Shown here piece by piece: positions 10,541 to 20,990 of a DNA stretch of 64,000 nt; position 1 is the first letter of the stretch; every line of letters begins with the position of its first letter. The translations under genes and the position numbers were made by a program. Source of the stretch: Patescibacteria group bacterium (lineage in GTDB: Bacteria; Patescibacteriota; Patescibacteriia; UBA1558; GWA2-36-10); contig JAHJQF010000001.1 in NCBI GenBank assembly GCA_018819405.1, forward strand, positions 753,469 to 817,468, in the 5' to 3' direction. The notes under the pieces were generated by a model. That model saw only the letters and a program-made list of their open reading frames with translations, searched no databases and was not told the origin of the DNA.

Positions 10541-11098
10541 ATGGGCATGGAAAACAAACGACTTTTTATATCTTTGCCCCTAGACCCGGTACTTGCCAAA
10601 GATATTAGCAAAAAAATACAAAACCTAAATCTGCCTGGGGATAAAATAAAATTTATACCTGAAGAACAGCTACATTTAACTCTCAAATTTTTGGGGGATA
10701 CACCACTACAAAATATACCGGCCTTGATAGACGTTTTGGAAAATATAGAGACAAATTTTGAATTTTTAGAATTAGAAATAGAAAAAACTATAATATTTAA
10801 CGAACGCCAGCCAAAAATACTGGCTATATCCCTAAAAGAAAATGAAAATCTCACTAGATTATACCAAGAGATAGAGGAGCGCCTTTTTGACGCTGGCTTA
10901 GCTCACAAAGAAATCCGAAACTTTAGACCCCATGTTACTGTCGCTCGTGTCAAAAAAAGTGCTGATTTTTCTGAATTTGAAGATTTTTTGAGCTGGCAAA
11001 TACAAAAATCTTTTAATTGCTCACATTTTGATTTACAAGAAAGCTCCCTGAGTCGTTTGGGACCAGAATATACTGTCTTACAAAGTTTTAATTTATAA
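10541..11098 (+). CDS. thpR: RNA 2',3'-cyclic phosphodiesterase (2H phosphoesterase, LigT/ThpR)
   Basis: Two H-x-T-x motifs (HLTLKFLG and HVTVARV) in a 185-aa protein. Confidence 0.75.
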   Translation: MGMENKRLFISLPLDPVLAKDISKKIQNLNLPGDKIKFIPEEQLHLTLKFLGDTPLQNIPALIDVLENIETNFEFLELEIEKTIIFNERQPKILAISLKENENLTRLYQEIEERLFDAGLAHKEIRNFRPHVTVARVKKSADFSEFEDFLSWQIQKSFNCSHFDLQESSLSRLGPEYTVLQSFNL

Positions 11099-11136
11099 AC
11101 ACACAATTTTAATTAATTTTTAACTGCTCTAATTAG

Positions 11137-11892
11137 GTGAAAGAATATAAAATCTTAGATATAAAAGTTCAGACTATACCAGAGCACATATTAAAAATAA
11201 AGCTCCAGGATTTTTTGACTTCTTACCAGCAACATCAGATAGTAACCGCCAATCCGGAATTTGTGGTGGCTAGTCGCAAAAATGACCAATTCAAAGATAT
11301 TATAAACAACGCCAGTCTCAGCACAATTGATGGTTCTGGTATTATTATGGCCCTGCAGTTTTTGGGATATGATATTTCTTTAGACGACAGACTGACTGGT
11401 GTCAGACTCAGTGAAATATTGATTGACATGGCCGTAAATAAAAATTATAAAATTTTGTTTTGTCTGTACAGTAAAGGCATGACCAAACCCGACAAATTTT
11501 TTATGAAAATAAATGAAAAATACCCAGCCTTAGATTTTCAAGTAGCTGATGAAAAAACTGCCCTGGACAAAGCCAGATTATTCGGCCCACAAATAATCCT
11601 AGTAGGCTTCGGGGCACCAAAACAGGATATTTGGATAAATAAAAACATCTCAAAAATTCCTAGTGTCAAAATAGCAGTAGGTGTAGGCGGGACATTTGAT
11701 TATATGTCTGGTAAAATAAAGCGGGCACCCAAAATTTTTCGTAGTCTAGGACTAGAATGGTTTTGGCGATTACTTCGCCAACCTTCGCGAATTTTTAGGA
11801 TAAATCGTGCAGTAATGGTCTTTCCTTATCTTATAATAAAAGACAGAATTTTAAAGAATAAACAAAAAAAACATGGAAAAAGTACGAACTAG
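11137..11892 (+). CDS. WecB/TagA/CpsF family glycosyltransferase (GT26)
   Basis: GSGIIMALQF, GAPKQDIWI and GVGGTFDY...GLEWFWRLLRQP motifs are characteristic of WecG/TagA. Confidence 0.75.
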   Translation: MKEYKILDIKVQTIPEHILKIKLQDFLTSYQQHQIVTANPEFVVASRKNDQFKDIINNASLSTIDGSGIIMALQFLGYDISLDDRLTGVRLSEILIDMAVNKNYKILFCLYSKGMTKPDKFFMKINEKYPALDFQVADEKTALDKARLFGPQIILVGFGAPKQDIWINKNISKIPSVKIAVGVGGTFDYMSGKIKRAPKIFRSLGLEWFWRLLRQPSRIFRINRAVMVFPYLIIKDRILKNKQKKHGKSTN

Positions 11893-13297
11893 ATTTGCCC
11901 CCAGCCCAACTGGATTTTTACACATCGGCGGCTTGCGCACTGCCCTATACAATTTTTTATTTGCCAAAAATCAACAGGGAAAATTTTTCTTGAGAATAGA
12001 GGATACTGACCGCGAGCGCTTAGTAGAAGGCGCCCAAGAAAAATTAATTGAAGTCCTAAAAAATATGGGCCTTGATTTTGATGATGAAATAGTAGTCCAA
12101 TCCACTAGATTAAAACTATACCGCAAAGCCACCGATAAGTTAATTGAAAGCGGCCAAGCCTACTTGTGCTTTTGCTCACCAGAAAGATTGGAAAAATTAC
12201 GTGAAGATCTCAGCGCCAAAAAACAAGTACCAAAATATGACCGGGCTTGCTGCAATCTGACTAGCGAACAAATTCAACAAAAAATTAATTCCGGAATAAA
12301 GCCAGTAGTAAGGTTCAAAATACCTGACAAGCAGATTGTGGAAGCAACAGATAAAGTATATGGCAAAATTTCTGTGAAAACTCAAGATTTAGATGATTTT
12401 GTAATACTAAAATCAAATAATTTCCCGACTTATCATCTGGCCAATGTAGTAGATGACCATGATATGAGAATTACTCATGTTATTCGCGGTGAAGAATGGC
12501 TACCTTCTTTGCCAAAACATGTTTTGCTATATAATGCTCTAGGCTATGAAAAACCAAATTTTGTCCATTTACCGCTTTTGCTCAACCCTGACAAAACAAA
12601 ACTTTCCAAAAGACAAGGTGATGTGGCAGTAGAGGACTATCTGAAAAAAGGCTATCTGCCGGAAGCGCTATTAAATTATGTTTCTTTGTTAGGTTGGAAC
12701 CCCGGTAACGACCAAGAGATTTTTGTGCTCAGTGAGCTAGTGAAAAATTTTTCTTTGGATAAAGTAAATAAATCTGGCGCTATATTTGATGTAAATAAAC
12801 TAAATTGGTTTAATGCCGAATATATTCGCCTGATTATCAAACAAGCTGGCAAAAGATACGAACAGCTACTAGAGCAAACTGCTAATTTTTTGGACCATCC
12901 TGATCGTAGCAAGGATATTTTAAAATTATTTGGCAGCCGTATAAACAATCTTGCCGAACTTGGCAATATGTCCAAATTTTTATTTAAATTGCCAGAATAT
13001 CAAACCGAGCTTTTGGTATTTAAAAAAAGTGACTGGGAAAAAACCAAAAATGGACTCAATTTATCGCTGGGCGTATTGGGTAAAATATCTCACAGTGACT
13101 GGTACTTAGATAATCTTAACAATGCCTTGGAAAATATAGCCAAAAAACATAATCTTTCACCCGGTGATATTTTCTGGCCAATTAGGGTGGCTACATCAGG
13201 CTTAGACAAAAGCCCGTCGCCAACCGAGATATTAGAATTTTTGGGCAAAGAGGAAAGCTTGTCTAGGATAAAATTAGCCATAAAAAAAATGTCCTAG
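11873..13297 (+). CDS. gltX: glutamate--tRNA ligase
   Basis: Class I HIGH-type motif in RFAPSPTGFLHIGGLRTAL. The KMSKS-equivalent is KLSKRQGD. Confidence 0.9.
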   Translation: MEKVRTRFAPSPTGFLHIGGLRTALYNFLFAKNQQGKFFLRIEDTDRERLVEGAQEKLIEVLKNMGLDFDDEIVVQSTRLKLYRKATDKLIESGQAYLCFCSPERLEKLREDLSAKKQVPKYDRACCNLTSEQIQQKINSGIKPVVRFKIPDKQIVEATDKVYGKISVKTQDLDDFVILKSNNFPTYHLANVVDDHDMRITHVIRGEEWLPSLPKHVLLYNALGYEKPNFVHLPLLLNPDKTKLSKRQGDVAVEDYLKKGYLPEALLNYVSLLGWNPGNDQEIFVLSELVKNFSLDKVNKSGAIFDVNKLNWFNAEYIRLIIKQAGKRYEQLLEQTANFLDHPDRSKDILKLFGSRINNLAELGNMSKFLFKLPEYQTELLVFKKSDWEKTKNGLNLSLGVLGKISHSDWYLDNLNNALENIAKKHNLSPGDIFWPIRVATSGLDKSPSPTEILEFLGKEESLSRIKLAIKKMS

Positions 13298-13343
13298 AAA
13301 ATATCAGTAGAATGTGTTATAATATAAACATGCTGATAAAACC

Positions 13344-14600
13344 ATGCTACAGACAAAAATAAAAACCATTAATATTATTTACTTTGGCCTAGCCATTTTT
13401 TTGGCTGGTGTTATTTTTTTCCCAAAAAACAACACTTTAGCGGTTGAATATACTCTAGATAACCTAGAATCTGTGGAAACTTGGCAAATTAACCAGGATA
13501 TCAATGAAAAAAGATCTGAAATACAAGAGCTAAAACGACAGGTAGAAATTTATGAAAAAAATATAGCTGCCAAACAGCGTGAAATTGGTAGCCTTTCCAA
13601 CCAAATAAGCACCCTAAATGACAGTATTGCTAAAATAAATTTAGAGATTGATGCTGCAGAATTAGAGATTGAAACTTACAATCTAAAAATAGAAAATACC
13701 GAGTTAAAAATCCAAGCCAAAGAAAATGAAATCAACGAACAAAAAGAAGTATTGTCTGAGATATTGAGACAGCTCCATCGCCAACAGCAAAAAAATTCTA
13801 CTATAGAAATTTTAGTCCTAAATAATAGCTTTAGCGATTTTTTGGCTGATTTGGATCGTTTGGAAAATATGCAGGATAACATTGTATCCGGAGTAGAGGA
13901 CTTAAAAAAAATAATGATAGCCTTAGATACTGATAAGCAGAATTTGGAAGGTGAAAAATCAGAACTTGACGCTCTAAGAGGTATACTAGAAAACAAAATA
14001 GGCTCTTTGGATGACCAAAAAGTTGCTAAAAATCAGCTGATGATTGCTACTCGCGGACAAGAATCAAAATATCAACAATTATTACAACAAGCCAAAGAAG
14101 ATCAGGATCAAGTAAATAACGACATTGTTTATTTAGAAAAAGTAGCCCGAGAAAAACTTAATCGTCAATTACAACTTGAAGGTATCAGTAGTGATGGCCT
14201 GATGTGGCCGGTTGCTTCACGACGTGTGACATCTTATTTTCATGATCCAGATTATCCATACCGTAATCTTTTTGAACATCCGGCTATTGATATTGCCTCT
14301 CCACAAGGAACACCTATCCGAGCAGTGGAGTCAGGCTATGTGGCCAAGACAAGGGACGGCGGAAAGACCGGCTATAGCTATATTATGCTAGTCCATGGTA
14401 ATGGTTTATCATCTGTATATGGACACATAAATATTATATCTTGTACTGAAGATCAATTTGTATCCAAAGGTGATATCATAGGTTATAGTGGCGGTATGCC
14501 AGGCACCAACGGTTCTGGACCTCTTACCACCGGGCCTCATCTTCATTTGGAAATTCGTTTAAATGGCGTACCAGTCAATCCACTTAATTATCTACCATAA
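13344..14600 (+). CDS. M23 family metallopeptidase with N-terminal coiled coil (EnvC/NlpD-like)
   Basis: HPAIDIASP...GYSYIMLVHGNGLSSVYGHI...GPHLHLEIR, i.e. HxxxD and HxH LytM motifs. Long coiled-coil N-terminus. Confidence 0.85.
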   Translation: MLQTKIKTINIIYFGLAIFLAGVIFFPKNNTLAVEYTLDNLESVETWQINQDINEKRSEIQELKRQVEIYEKNIAAKQREIGSLSNQISTLNDSIAKINLEIDAAELEIETYNLKIENTELKIQAKENEINEQKEVLSEILRQLHRQQQKNSTIEILVLNNSFSDFLADLDRLENMQDNIVSGVEDLKKIMIALDTDKQNLEGEKSELDALRGILENKIGSLDDQKVAKNQLMIATRGQESKYQQLLQQAKEDQDQVNNDIVYLEKVAREKLNRQLQLEGISSDGLMWPVASRRVTSYFHDPDYPYRNLFEHPAIDIASPQGTPIRAVESGYVAKTRDGGKTGYSYIMLVHGNGLSSVYGHINIISCTEDQFVSKGDIIGYSGGMPGTNGSGPLTTGPHLHLEIRLNGVPVNPLNYLP

Positions 14601-14622
14601 ATTTACTTAATATAAAGAAAAG

Positions 14623-14650
14623 AAAAGCCCTTGACAAAGGGCTTTTTTTA
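14623..14650. terminator. bidirectional rho-independent terminator after the M23 peptidase gene
   Basis: aaaag-CCCTT-gacaa-AGGGC-ttttttta. Confidence 0.65.
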
Positions 14651-14857
14651 TGGTACCTTACTTTTTGCTCTGACTCTTCAGGGCAATGTCAACGTTCGTT
14701 TCGGGTGCAAATCTTTGTGGCTCGTGCTATTCTCCTATAGACCTTCTGAATTTGTTCAGAAGACAAACTGTAGCTAGAATCGCGGCTTGACGAGGATTCA
14801 CCATAATCCCGCTTGCGGGACGCCAACATCTTTGTCTGACATCAGTCACACGGATGT

Positions 14858-14889
14858 GCTGGGAGAGTGCGTAAAGCTCTCCCTATTTT
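14858..14889 (+). terminator. rho-independent terminator (+ strand) inside a non-coding region
   Basis: GGGAGAG-tgcgtaaa-GCTCTCCC followed by tattttttt. Confidence 0.55.
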
Positions 14890-14904
14890 TTTGCTAAATT
14901 TTGA

Positions 14905-14945
14905 TATAAAAAAAGGGGGGTCGCGATCGAGATTGACTCGTTCGC
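14905..14945 (-). terminator. rho-independent terminator (- strand), 11-bp GC stem
   Basis: On the minus strand: GGGGGTCGCGA-acgagtcaatctcga-TCGCGACCCCCC followed by ttttttt. Confidence 0.65.
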
Positions 14946-15098
14946 GACCCCCAAGTCAGGTCGTCATAGGCACACCTTCCTAGTTTGCCCTTCAGACAGG
15001 ACTTGTGATTGCTCTGACCTCGAGACCTCTTAGAACCATTTGGTTCCAAAAAAGGACCATCAAAGGTCCACAGCTTATATATTTAAGCATATATTATA
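14946..15098 (-). ncRNA. candidate small non-coding transcript (unclassified). Promoter-like element at 15098-15070, ending at the 14905-14945 terminator.
   Basis: On the minus strand: TTGACA(15098-15093), 17 nt, TTAAAT. ~160 nt of moderately GC-enriched sequence with hairpins (GGACC-atcaaa-GGTCC, caagtc...gacttg), then a strong terminator. No ORF. No tRNA, tmRNA, SRP or RNase P signature recognised by eye. Confidence 0.25.
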
Positions 15099-15138
15099 AT
15101 ATTTGTCAAATTTATAATCCTATTTTAGCTAGAATTAG

Positions 15139-16095
15139 CTATTTTTTAAGAGGGTGAAACTTAGTGTGGACCTTCTCAGCATATCTATCTGAGGCATGAA
15201 CATAGCGAGTAGTAGTGTCGAGTGACTCATGACCTAGTAGTATCTGAATTGCTGCTGGATTGGCACCATTTTCTGCCAAATAGGTAGCAAAAGCATGTCT
15301 GAGCGAATGAGCTGAAATTGGTATATTGATAGAGAGGAGTTCGCGATAGCGTTTTATTTTGTACTGCAAATAGTTGGTAGATATTTTTTTGTGTTTATCA
15401 CTATTATTGCGGCCGCGGTAGGGTATAAATAGATATGGCGCGTCGTCATGACGAGTTTTAAGATAAGCATTAATAAAATTTATGGCTCGAGCTGTCAAAT
15501 AGACAAAACGCTGTTTCTTACCTTTACCCATAATATAAATTCGTCCAGTTTGATCAAGCTGCTGACGCTTGAGAGACAATAATTCTGAGATACGCATTCC
15601 AGTAGCAAATAGAGTTTCTAGCATGGCGCGGTTACGCAAAGCAATATTGGCATCTTTTTCAAATTTGGATGGAGCTTCTATCAATTTAATAAGCTCGGCC
15701 ATTTCTGGCACCTGACCGTGTTTTTTTTCAGTCTTAAGAAGCTTGATAGCATCAGCGGTCACTGGTACTTTATAATCCATGTCCACCAAAAATTTTAAAT
15801 ATGCGCGCAGAGATGACAAAATTCTATTTATACTATAACTTGATAATTGTCCGTGACCCTTATGGTCTAAAGCGGTATGACGAGAAGTAGAGGAGAGGTA
15901 GGCTTTGAATTTTAGTATTTCCCTTTTGCTAATTTTATTAAAAGCACAATTGACATCGTCTGACAAAAAATTTTCAAAAGTATTTAAGTCCCGTTCATAA
16001 TTGTAGACTGTCTCAGCAGAGTAGTTGTTGCTCTGAATATTTATCAGAAACTCGTCCAAGAGGGGAAGGGTGTGTTTGTTTTTCTTGTTTGCCAT
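15139..16095 (-). CDS. tyrosine-type site-specific recombinase (XerC/XerD/phage-integrase family)
   Basis: C-terminal catalytic region HSLRHAFATYLAENGANPAAIQILLGHESLDTTTRYVH (R..H..R/H..Y). Confidence 0.85.
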   Translation of the reverse strand: MANKKNKHTLPLLDEFLINIQSNNYSAETVYNYERDLNTFENFLSDDVNCAFNKISKREILKFKAYLSSTSRHTALDHKGHGQLSSYSINRILSSLRAYLKFLVDMDYKVPVTADAIKLLKTEKKHGQVPEMAELIKLIEAPSKFEKDANIALRNRAMLETLFATGMRISELLSLKRQQLDQTGRIYIMGKGKKQRFVYLTARAINFINAYLKTRHDDAPYLFIPYRGRNNSDKHKKISTNYLQYKIKRYRELLSINIPISAHSLRHAFATYLAENGANPAAIQILLGHESLDTTTRYVHASDRYAEKVHTKFHPLKK

Positions 16096-16181
16096 GTTTA
16101 TATTATATATTAGCAGTTTTACTATGTCAAATTGAGTGTAAGAGTTATTATACTCAGTTCATAATATCAATAATAAAACAG

Positions 16182-17006
16182 CTATTTAAAATAAACCTTA
16201 TCCCCGAAGCGTATGTCTATATAATCTATATCTACACCTGCTATATTTTCTGTCAGTACTTTATTCAAATTATCCAGCTGTCCAGCTATGTCTTCGTCCT
16301 TATCTACTTTGACATAAAAACCAAGCTTGGTATACAACTCTATAGACCAATCATTATATATAACAATTTTGTTGAGTTTGATATTGGCATCTATTATATC
16401 ATTCCAGCCCAAATATAGCTGATTAACAATATCTACCTCCTGGTCTGTAAATATTTTATCATCAAGCGGCCTATAATCACGTTTATCCTCTAAAATAAGG
16501 TATTTTTCATCCAAAGCGTTTATTTGGCGATTTAAGATGCCTTTGGCATCCAATAGGTATAATGAGTCATCTTTGGACCAAATAAAGTATGAAATTTTCT
16601 CTTTAACCGTTACCAGTAGCTTGTCCGGAAACTTTTTTTGAACTGTTGCTTGATCTAAATTAAATTTTTCTATTAGCTGTCCAGCTAGCGGCTCGGTATT
16701 TAATAAAAAATAATTATTATTTTTAAAAAATAAAAACTTATTACCAGATAATGCCGGTTCTAATGCTTCTGAGACCTCGTCATAGCTCAAATCATTATTA
16801 CCGCTTAGTTCTATATTATCTATTTTTAAATATGGGGCTTGAAAAATACTTTGGATAAGTAATATTACCAGAATTATCCAAATAATTTTGACAACTTTTT
16901 TACGACTGACATTTTTTTGCTCACTATAATAGCCCCGTTGGACCCTACTAGGACGCCCTGGTAAATGCCTTTGCCATGTTTTTTTTGTCTTAATTTGACC
17001 TACCAT
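16182..17006 (-). CDS. FtsQ/DivIB-like cell-division protein (single TM + POTRA-like region)
   Basis: Basic N-terminus, one TM (IIWIILVILLIQSIF), then IDNIELSGNNDLSYDEVSEAL resembling the POTRA domain of FtsQ. Weak. Confidence 0.4.
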   Translation of the reverse strand: MVGQIKTKKTWQRHLPGRPSRVQRGYYSEQKNVSRKKVVKIIWIILVILLIQSIFQAPYLKIDNIELSGNNDLSYDEVSEALEPALSGNKFLFFKNNNYFLLNTEPLAGQLIEKFNLDQATVQKKFPDKLLVTVKEKISYFIWSKDDSLYLLDAKGILNRQINALDEKYLILEDKRDYRPLDDKIFTDQEVDIVNQLYLGWNDIIDANIKLNKIVIYNDWSIELYTKLGFYVKVDKDEDIAGQLDNLNKVLTENIAGVDIDYIDIRFGDKVYFK

Positions 17007-17057
17007 CTTACTCTCCTCTGAAATTAGTCATTATATATGTGTCGTAAAACATTAAAT

Positions 17058-18152
17058 TTAAACTATTATGCGCGGTAATTTATTATTTATTTTAGTGACC
17101 ACTTCATAATTAATAGTCTGAGAATGTTTGGCAATATCTTCAGCACTAATACTTTGTTGACCGTCTACACCCAAAACCGTCACTATATCCCCTATTTTAG
17201 CCTCTAAGCCACTAATATCAACCATACTTAGATTCATACATATATTACCTCTTATGAGGCATTTATGACCATTTACTAACATTTGCCCCTGATTAGATAA
17301 TGAGCGACTATAACCTTCGTTGTAGCCAAAGGGCACGACAGCAATCTGGCAATCTTTGTCGCATCTGTATGTACGATTGTAGCCGATTGTATCCCCAGCT
17401 TGTAAATCTTTTATTTGAATTATTTTTGTCTTTACTGACATAACTGGCTTGAGCTCTAATCCTAGTTTTTTGCCACGCTGATAAGTAGCCTTGCTTGGCC
17501 ATAGACCGTAAGTAGACAGTCCAAGTCTGATAATATCAGCTTGACTATGAGGCATACTAATACTAGCAGCCGAACAAGCAGCGTGAATTTTCAGACCTGG
17601 TGCAGATTGAGATATTGATGACAATGTGTTCCACTGCTCATTTGAAAAGGCCAAATCTTCTGATTCTGATTCTGCAAAGTGGGTATATATACTATTTAGC
17701 TTAAGATTTTTTTTATTTTTAATATAATCAATTGCTTTATTTGCATCGTTCTCTAAAAATCCTAAACGCGATGTCCCAGTGTCAATTTTTAAATTAACTA
17801 AAAATTCTTTAGCGAAGCTATCGAGATAATCAATAGTTTCAAAATCATAAATTGGTAATGATATTTTATATTTACTAGCCTTTACTAAATCTGCCTCTAC
17901 TCTATCAAAATAACTAAGCACCATAACCGGTTTATCAGAAATGTTTTTTACTTCCAATGCCTCGGACAAATTTACCACCATGAATCCGGTGGTAAATTTG
18001 TCTTTATCTAAAAGGCTGACTATTTCTTTGAGGCCGTGACCGTAGGCATTACTTTTTACTACTGGCCATATTTGAGAATCAGGAGTTATTTTTTTAAACT
18101 GAGCTATATTATGATAAAGATTTTCTTTGTTTATTTCTACCCAATTTATCAT
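17058..18152 (-). CDS. alr: alanine racemase
   Basis: PLP-lysine motif VVKSNAYGHG. 364 aa. Confidence 0.85.
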   Translation of the reverse strand: MINWVEINKENLYHNIAQFKKITPDSQIWPVVKSNAYGHGLKEIVSLLDKDKFTTGFMVVNLSEALEVKNISDKPVMVLSYFDRVEADLVKASKYKISLPIYDFETIDYLDSFAKEFLVNLKIDTGTSRLGFLENDANKAIDYIKNKKNLKLNSIYTHFAESESEDLAFSNEQWNTLSSISQSAPGLKIHAACSAASISMPHSQADIIRLGLSTYGLWPSKATYQRGKKLGLELKPVMSVKTKIIQIKDLQAGDTIGYNRTYRCDKDCQIAVVPFGYNEGYSRSLSNQGQMLVNGHKCLIRGNICMNLSMVDISGLEAKIGDIVTVLGVDGQQSISAEDIAKHSQTINYEVVTKINNKLPRIIV

Positions 18153-19399
18153 TATTTTTTAAAAACTTTTTTATTCAGATATTTCTGCAAAACTTTTGGC
18201 ACTTCAACACTACCATCTTTTTTCTGATACTGCTCCAAAATTGCCGGAAAGATTCGACTGGTAGCCAAGCCAGAGGCATTCAAAGTATGGACAAATTTAT
18301 TTTTGCCATCTGCATCTTTGAATCTAACATTACCTCGTCTAGCTTGATATTCTAGGGCATTGGATACACTGGAAACTTCTTTATATATGCCCATGCTTGG
18401 TATCCACACCTCTATATCAACGGTTTTAGCCATGGCTGAGCTACAGTCACCAGCTGCCAACTGGACTGTATTGTAATGAAGACCTAAACCTTCTACCAAC
18501 TGTTCGGCATAACTTACTAGCTCGTCAAAAGATTTCCAAGAATCTTCTGGTCTGGTAAAGTGAAACATTTCAATTTTGTTGAACTGATGACCACGGATCA
18601 TACCCCTCTCCTCTGTCCGATAAGCTCCGGCCTCACGTCTAAAACAAGTTGAAAATGCAAAATATTTTTTTGGTAAATCTTTGACCTCTAATATTTCTCC
18701 GACATGATAATTGCCAAGCATCATTTCACTAGTTGCATTGAGGCACAACTTATCGTCCTCTGTCCAAAACAAATCTTCTTTGAATTTTGGCAAATGACCT
18801 GAAATAAAAGCGGAATCTTTATTTAATAGATATGGCGGAATCATAAAACTGTATTCTGGATGACTACGATGAAAATCAATAAAATAATTTAGAAGCGCCC
18901 ACTCAAGAAGTGCTCCATCTCCAGTATAAGCCCAAAAACCAGCCCCAGACATTCTGGCGGCTCTTTTATAATCTATCAGGCCTAAACTAGTGGCTAATTC
19001 TACATGGTCTTTTATTTCAAAATCAAATTTTGGTTGTTTTTGAAAAGTCTTTATAATTTTATTATTTTCTTTACCACCAGATACTACATCATCGGCTGGT
19101 AGATTTGGTAAAGCGGACAAACGTTCGGTTAGTTCATTTTCTAGTTTAGCCAAATCATCATCAAATTTTTTTATTTTAATACCCAATGATTTCATCTTCT
19201 CAATAGTATTTTTATCAGGCTTTGTCTTTGAGGCCTGATTACGCTTGGCTTGTAAATCTTCTTTGTCCGCCAAAAGCTGTCGGCGATTTTCATCAAGTTT
19301 GATAATAGTATCCAAATCCAGATTTTTTTTGTCCATACGCTTAAGTAGGGCTATTTCTACAGCTTTTTTATTTTCAGCAATATACCTTATATCCAACAT
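18152..19399 (-). CDS. serS: serine--tRNA ligase
   Basis: N-terminal coiled coil. Class II motifs FRREAG and GLATSR. Confidence 0.9.
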   Translation of the reverse strand: MLDIRYIAENKKAVEIALLKRMDKKNLDLDTIIKLDENRRQLLADKEDLQAKRNQASKTKPDKNTIEKMKSLGIKIKKFDDDLAKLENELTERLSALPNLPADDVVSGGKENNKIIKTFQKQPKFDFEIKDHVELATSLGLIDYKRAARMSGAGFWAYTGDGALLEWALLNYFIDFHRSHPEYSFMIPPYLLNKDSAFISGHLPKFKEDLFWTEDDKLCLNATSEMMLGNYHVGEILEVKDLPKKYFAFSTCFRREAGAYRTEERGMIRGHQFNKIEMFHFTRPEDSWKSFDELVSYAEQLVEGLGLHYNTVQLAAGDCSSAMAKTVDIEVWIPSMGIYKEVSSVSNALEYQARRGNVRFKDADGKNKFVHTLNASGLATSRIFPAILEQYQKKDGSVEVPKVLQKYLNKKVFKK

Positions 19400-19404
19400 A
19401 AATT

Positions 19405-19974
19405 TTATCTTATTATTATTTTTTTTATATAATCTCCTTGAGTGATTTTATCTACCACATCCTGACCTTCAATCACTCGTCCAAATATAGTGTGTTTGCC
19501 ATCAAGCCACGGCGTAGCTTTGTGGGTGATAAAAAATTGTGAACCATTGGTATTTGGTCCAGTATTAGCCATAGATAGTACACCTGGCCCATTGTGCTTG
19601 AGATTTGGATGAAATTCATCAGCTATAGTATAACCTGGTCCGCCAGTGCCAGCGATTGGCAAACCACTATCATCTGGAGTATAAACAAAATCTTTACCCG
19701 CTTTACCTTTTGTTTGGGGGTCGCCAGTCTGAATCATAAAATCTTTTATCACCCGATGAAATTTGACATCATCATAAAAACCTTTGTCAGCTAACTTTAC
19801 AAAATTTTCTACCGTAACAGGTACTTTATCATAAAACAAAGCTACCTTAATGTCACCTTTGTTAGTTTTTATAATTGCTTCTTCCATAGTGATTTTTCGC
19901 CCAGGGTAGGCCATCATCAAAAGTATGGCTACTAAAACTGCCCCAAATATTATATATGTATTTCGTTTATCCAT
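19405..19974 (-). CDS. ppiB: cyclophilin-type peptidyl-prolyl cis-trans isomerase
   Basis: [15 protein letters not shown] and [20 protein letters not shown]. Confidence 0.9.
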   Translation of the reverse strand: MDKRNTYIIFGAVLVAILLMMAYPGRKITMEEAIIKTNKGDIKVALFYDKVPVTVENFVKLADKGFYDDVKFHRVIKDFMIQTGDPQTKGKAGKDFVYTPDDSGLPIAGTGGPGYTIADEFHPNLKHNGPGVLSMANTGPNTNGSQFFITHKATPWLDGKHTIFGRVIEGQDVVDKITQGDYIKKIIIR

Positions 19975-20572
19975 ATTTTAATTTTTTAATTACCTTCTCT
20001 AGTGCTTTTCCGCGGTGACTCAGTCTTGATTTTTCCTCTGGCGTCAATTGAGTAAAAACTTTGTCACTACCTTCTGGATAAAATATTGAACTCCAGGGTA
20101 CACCCGGCTTAATTGGACAGACCAATTCTGTAGCAATTATACCTTGGCACTCCCCTCTTTCTGTAATTATTTCCTGACCATCATAAACTGCTACTACATC
20201 TACAAACTTTGCTATTCTTCTTTCAGTCGGAATATCTTTCATAGCAACAAACATTTTGTCTATGAGCTCCTGGTCACTCAGTCTCTGACCGCCCCAGCGT
20301 CTAGATTCTACTCCAGGCTGACCACCCAAAGCATCTACCTCCAATCCTCCGTCATCACTTAATACTGGCATTTTTGCCAACTGATAATAATATTTTACTT
20401 TAAGCAAAGCATTATCTTCAAAAGTTTGGCCGGTTTCTTCAGGGTCTTCATTAATATCTAAATCATTTAATGATAATAGTTCAATATTTAAAGAACTAAG
20501 TTGTTTTTTTATTTCTTCAAATTTTCCGGAATTGTGGGTGGCAATGAGTAGTTTATTTATTTTCATTATCAA
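19967..20572 (-). CDS. rdgB: non-canonical purine NTP pyrophosphatase (RdgB/Ham1)
   Basis: [19 protein letters not shown] and [16 protein letters not shown]. Confidence 0.85.
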   Translation of the reverse strand: MIMKINKLLIATHNSGKFEEIKKQLSSLNIELLSLNDLDINEDPEETGQTFEDNALLKVKYYYQLAKMPVLSDDGGLEVDALGGQPGVESRRWGGQRLSDQELIDKMFVAMKDIPTERRIAKFVDVVAVYDGQEIITERGECQGIIATELVCPIKPGVPWSSIFYPEGSDKVFTQLTPEEKSRLSHRGKALEKVIKKLKYG

Positions 20573-20990
20573 AAGGATTAATGCCTAGTTTCATAAAATT
20601 ATCTACAGGTATCATACGAGGATACGGTAATTTATCCCATTCATACCAATCCCAACCACGGGCTTTATGAGGCTCCATATCCTTGACTTCTCCGCCAGCA
20701 TAATCACATACCAAGAAAATTGTAATAAAATGATCTGAATTATTAGGATAAATATCGTTAGTCAAGGTTAAAATTTTTACATTTTTAACATCAACATTAG
20801 TTTCTTCCTTTACCTCTCTGGCGGCACAATTTTCTATAGTTTCGCCAATTTCTATATTACCTCCCGGAAAATGCCAAAGATTTTTTCCAGGATCCTTTAA
20901 CCTTTCTGAAAATAAAACTTTACCATCTTTTCTCACAATTACTGCCGTGCCAACACCCGGTCTTAAATTTCCTTTTTGGTCTTTATTCAT
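20553..20990 (-). CDS. NUDIX hydrolase
   Basis: Nudix box GGNIEIGETIENCAAREVKEETNV. Confidence 0.8.
   Translation of the reverse strand: MNKDQKGNLRPGVGTAVIVRKDGKVLFSERLKDPGKNLWHFPGGNIEIGETIENCAAREVKEETNVDVKNVKILTLTNDIYPNNSDHFITIFLVCDYAGGEVKDMEPHKARGWDWYEWDKLPYPRMIPVDNFMKLGINPFDNENK

Noticed and set aside
14650-15080. tmRNA, tRNA or SRP RNA gene next to the tyrosine recombinase
   Set aside because: Searched by eye for a GGTTCGAATCC-type T-loop, a GGGG...CCCC acceptor pairing, an ...AA-stop tag reading frame with a flanking tRNA-like domain, and GGAA-tetraloop/GGAAGCAGC SRP motifs. None was convincingly present. Reported only as an unclassified ncRNA candidate.
16089-16418. 109-aa + strand ORF overlapping the recombinase start and the FtsQ-like gene
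   Set aside because: Entirely antisense to better-supported genes. Low-complexity I/Y/F-rich translation typical of AT-rich antisense frames.
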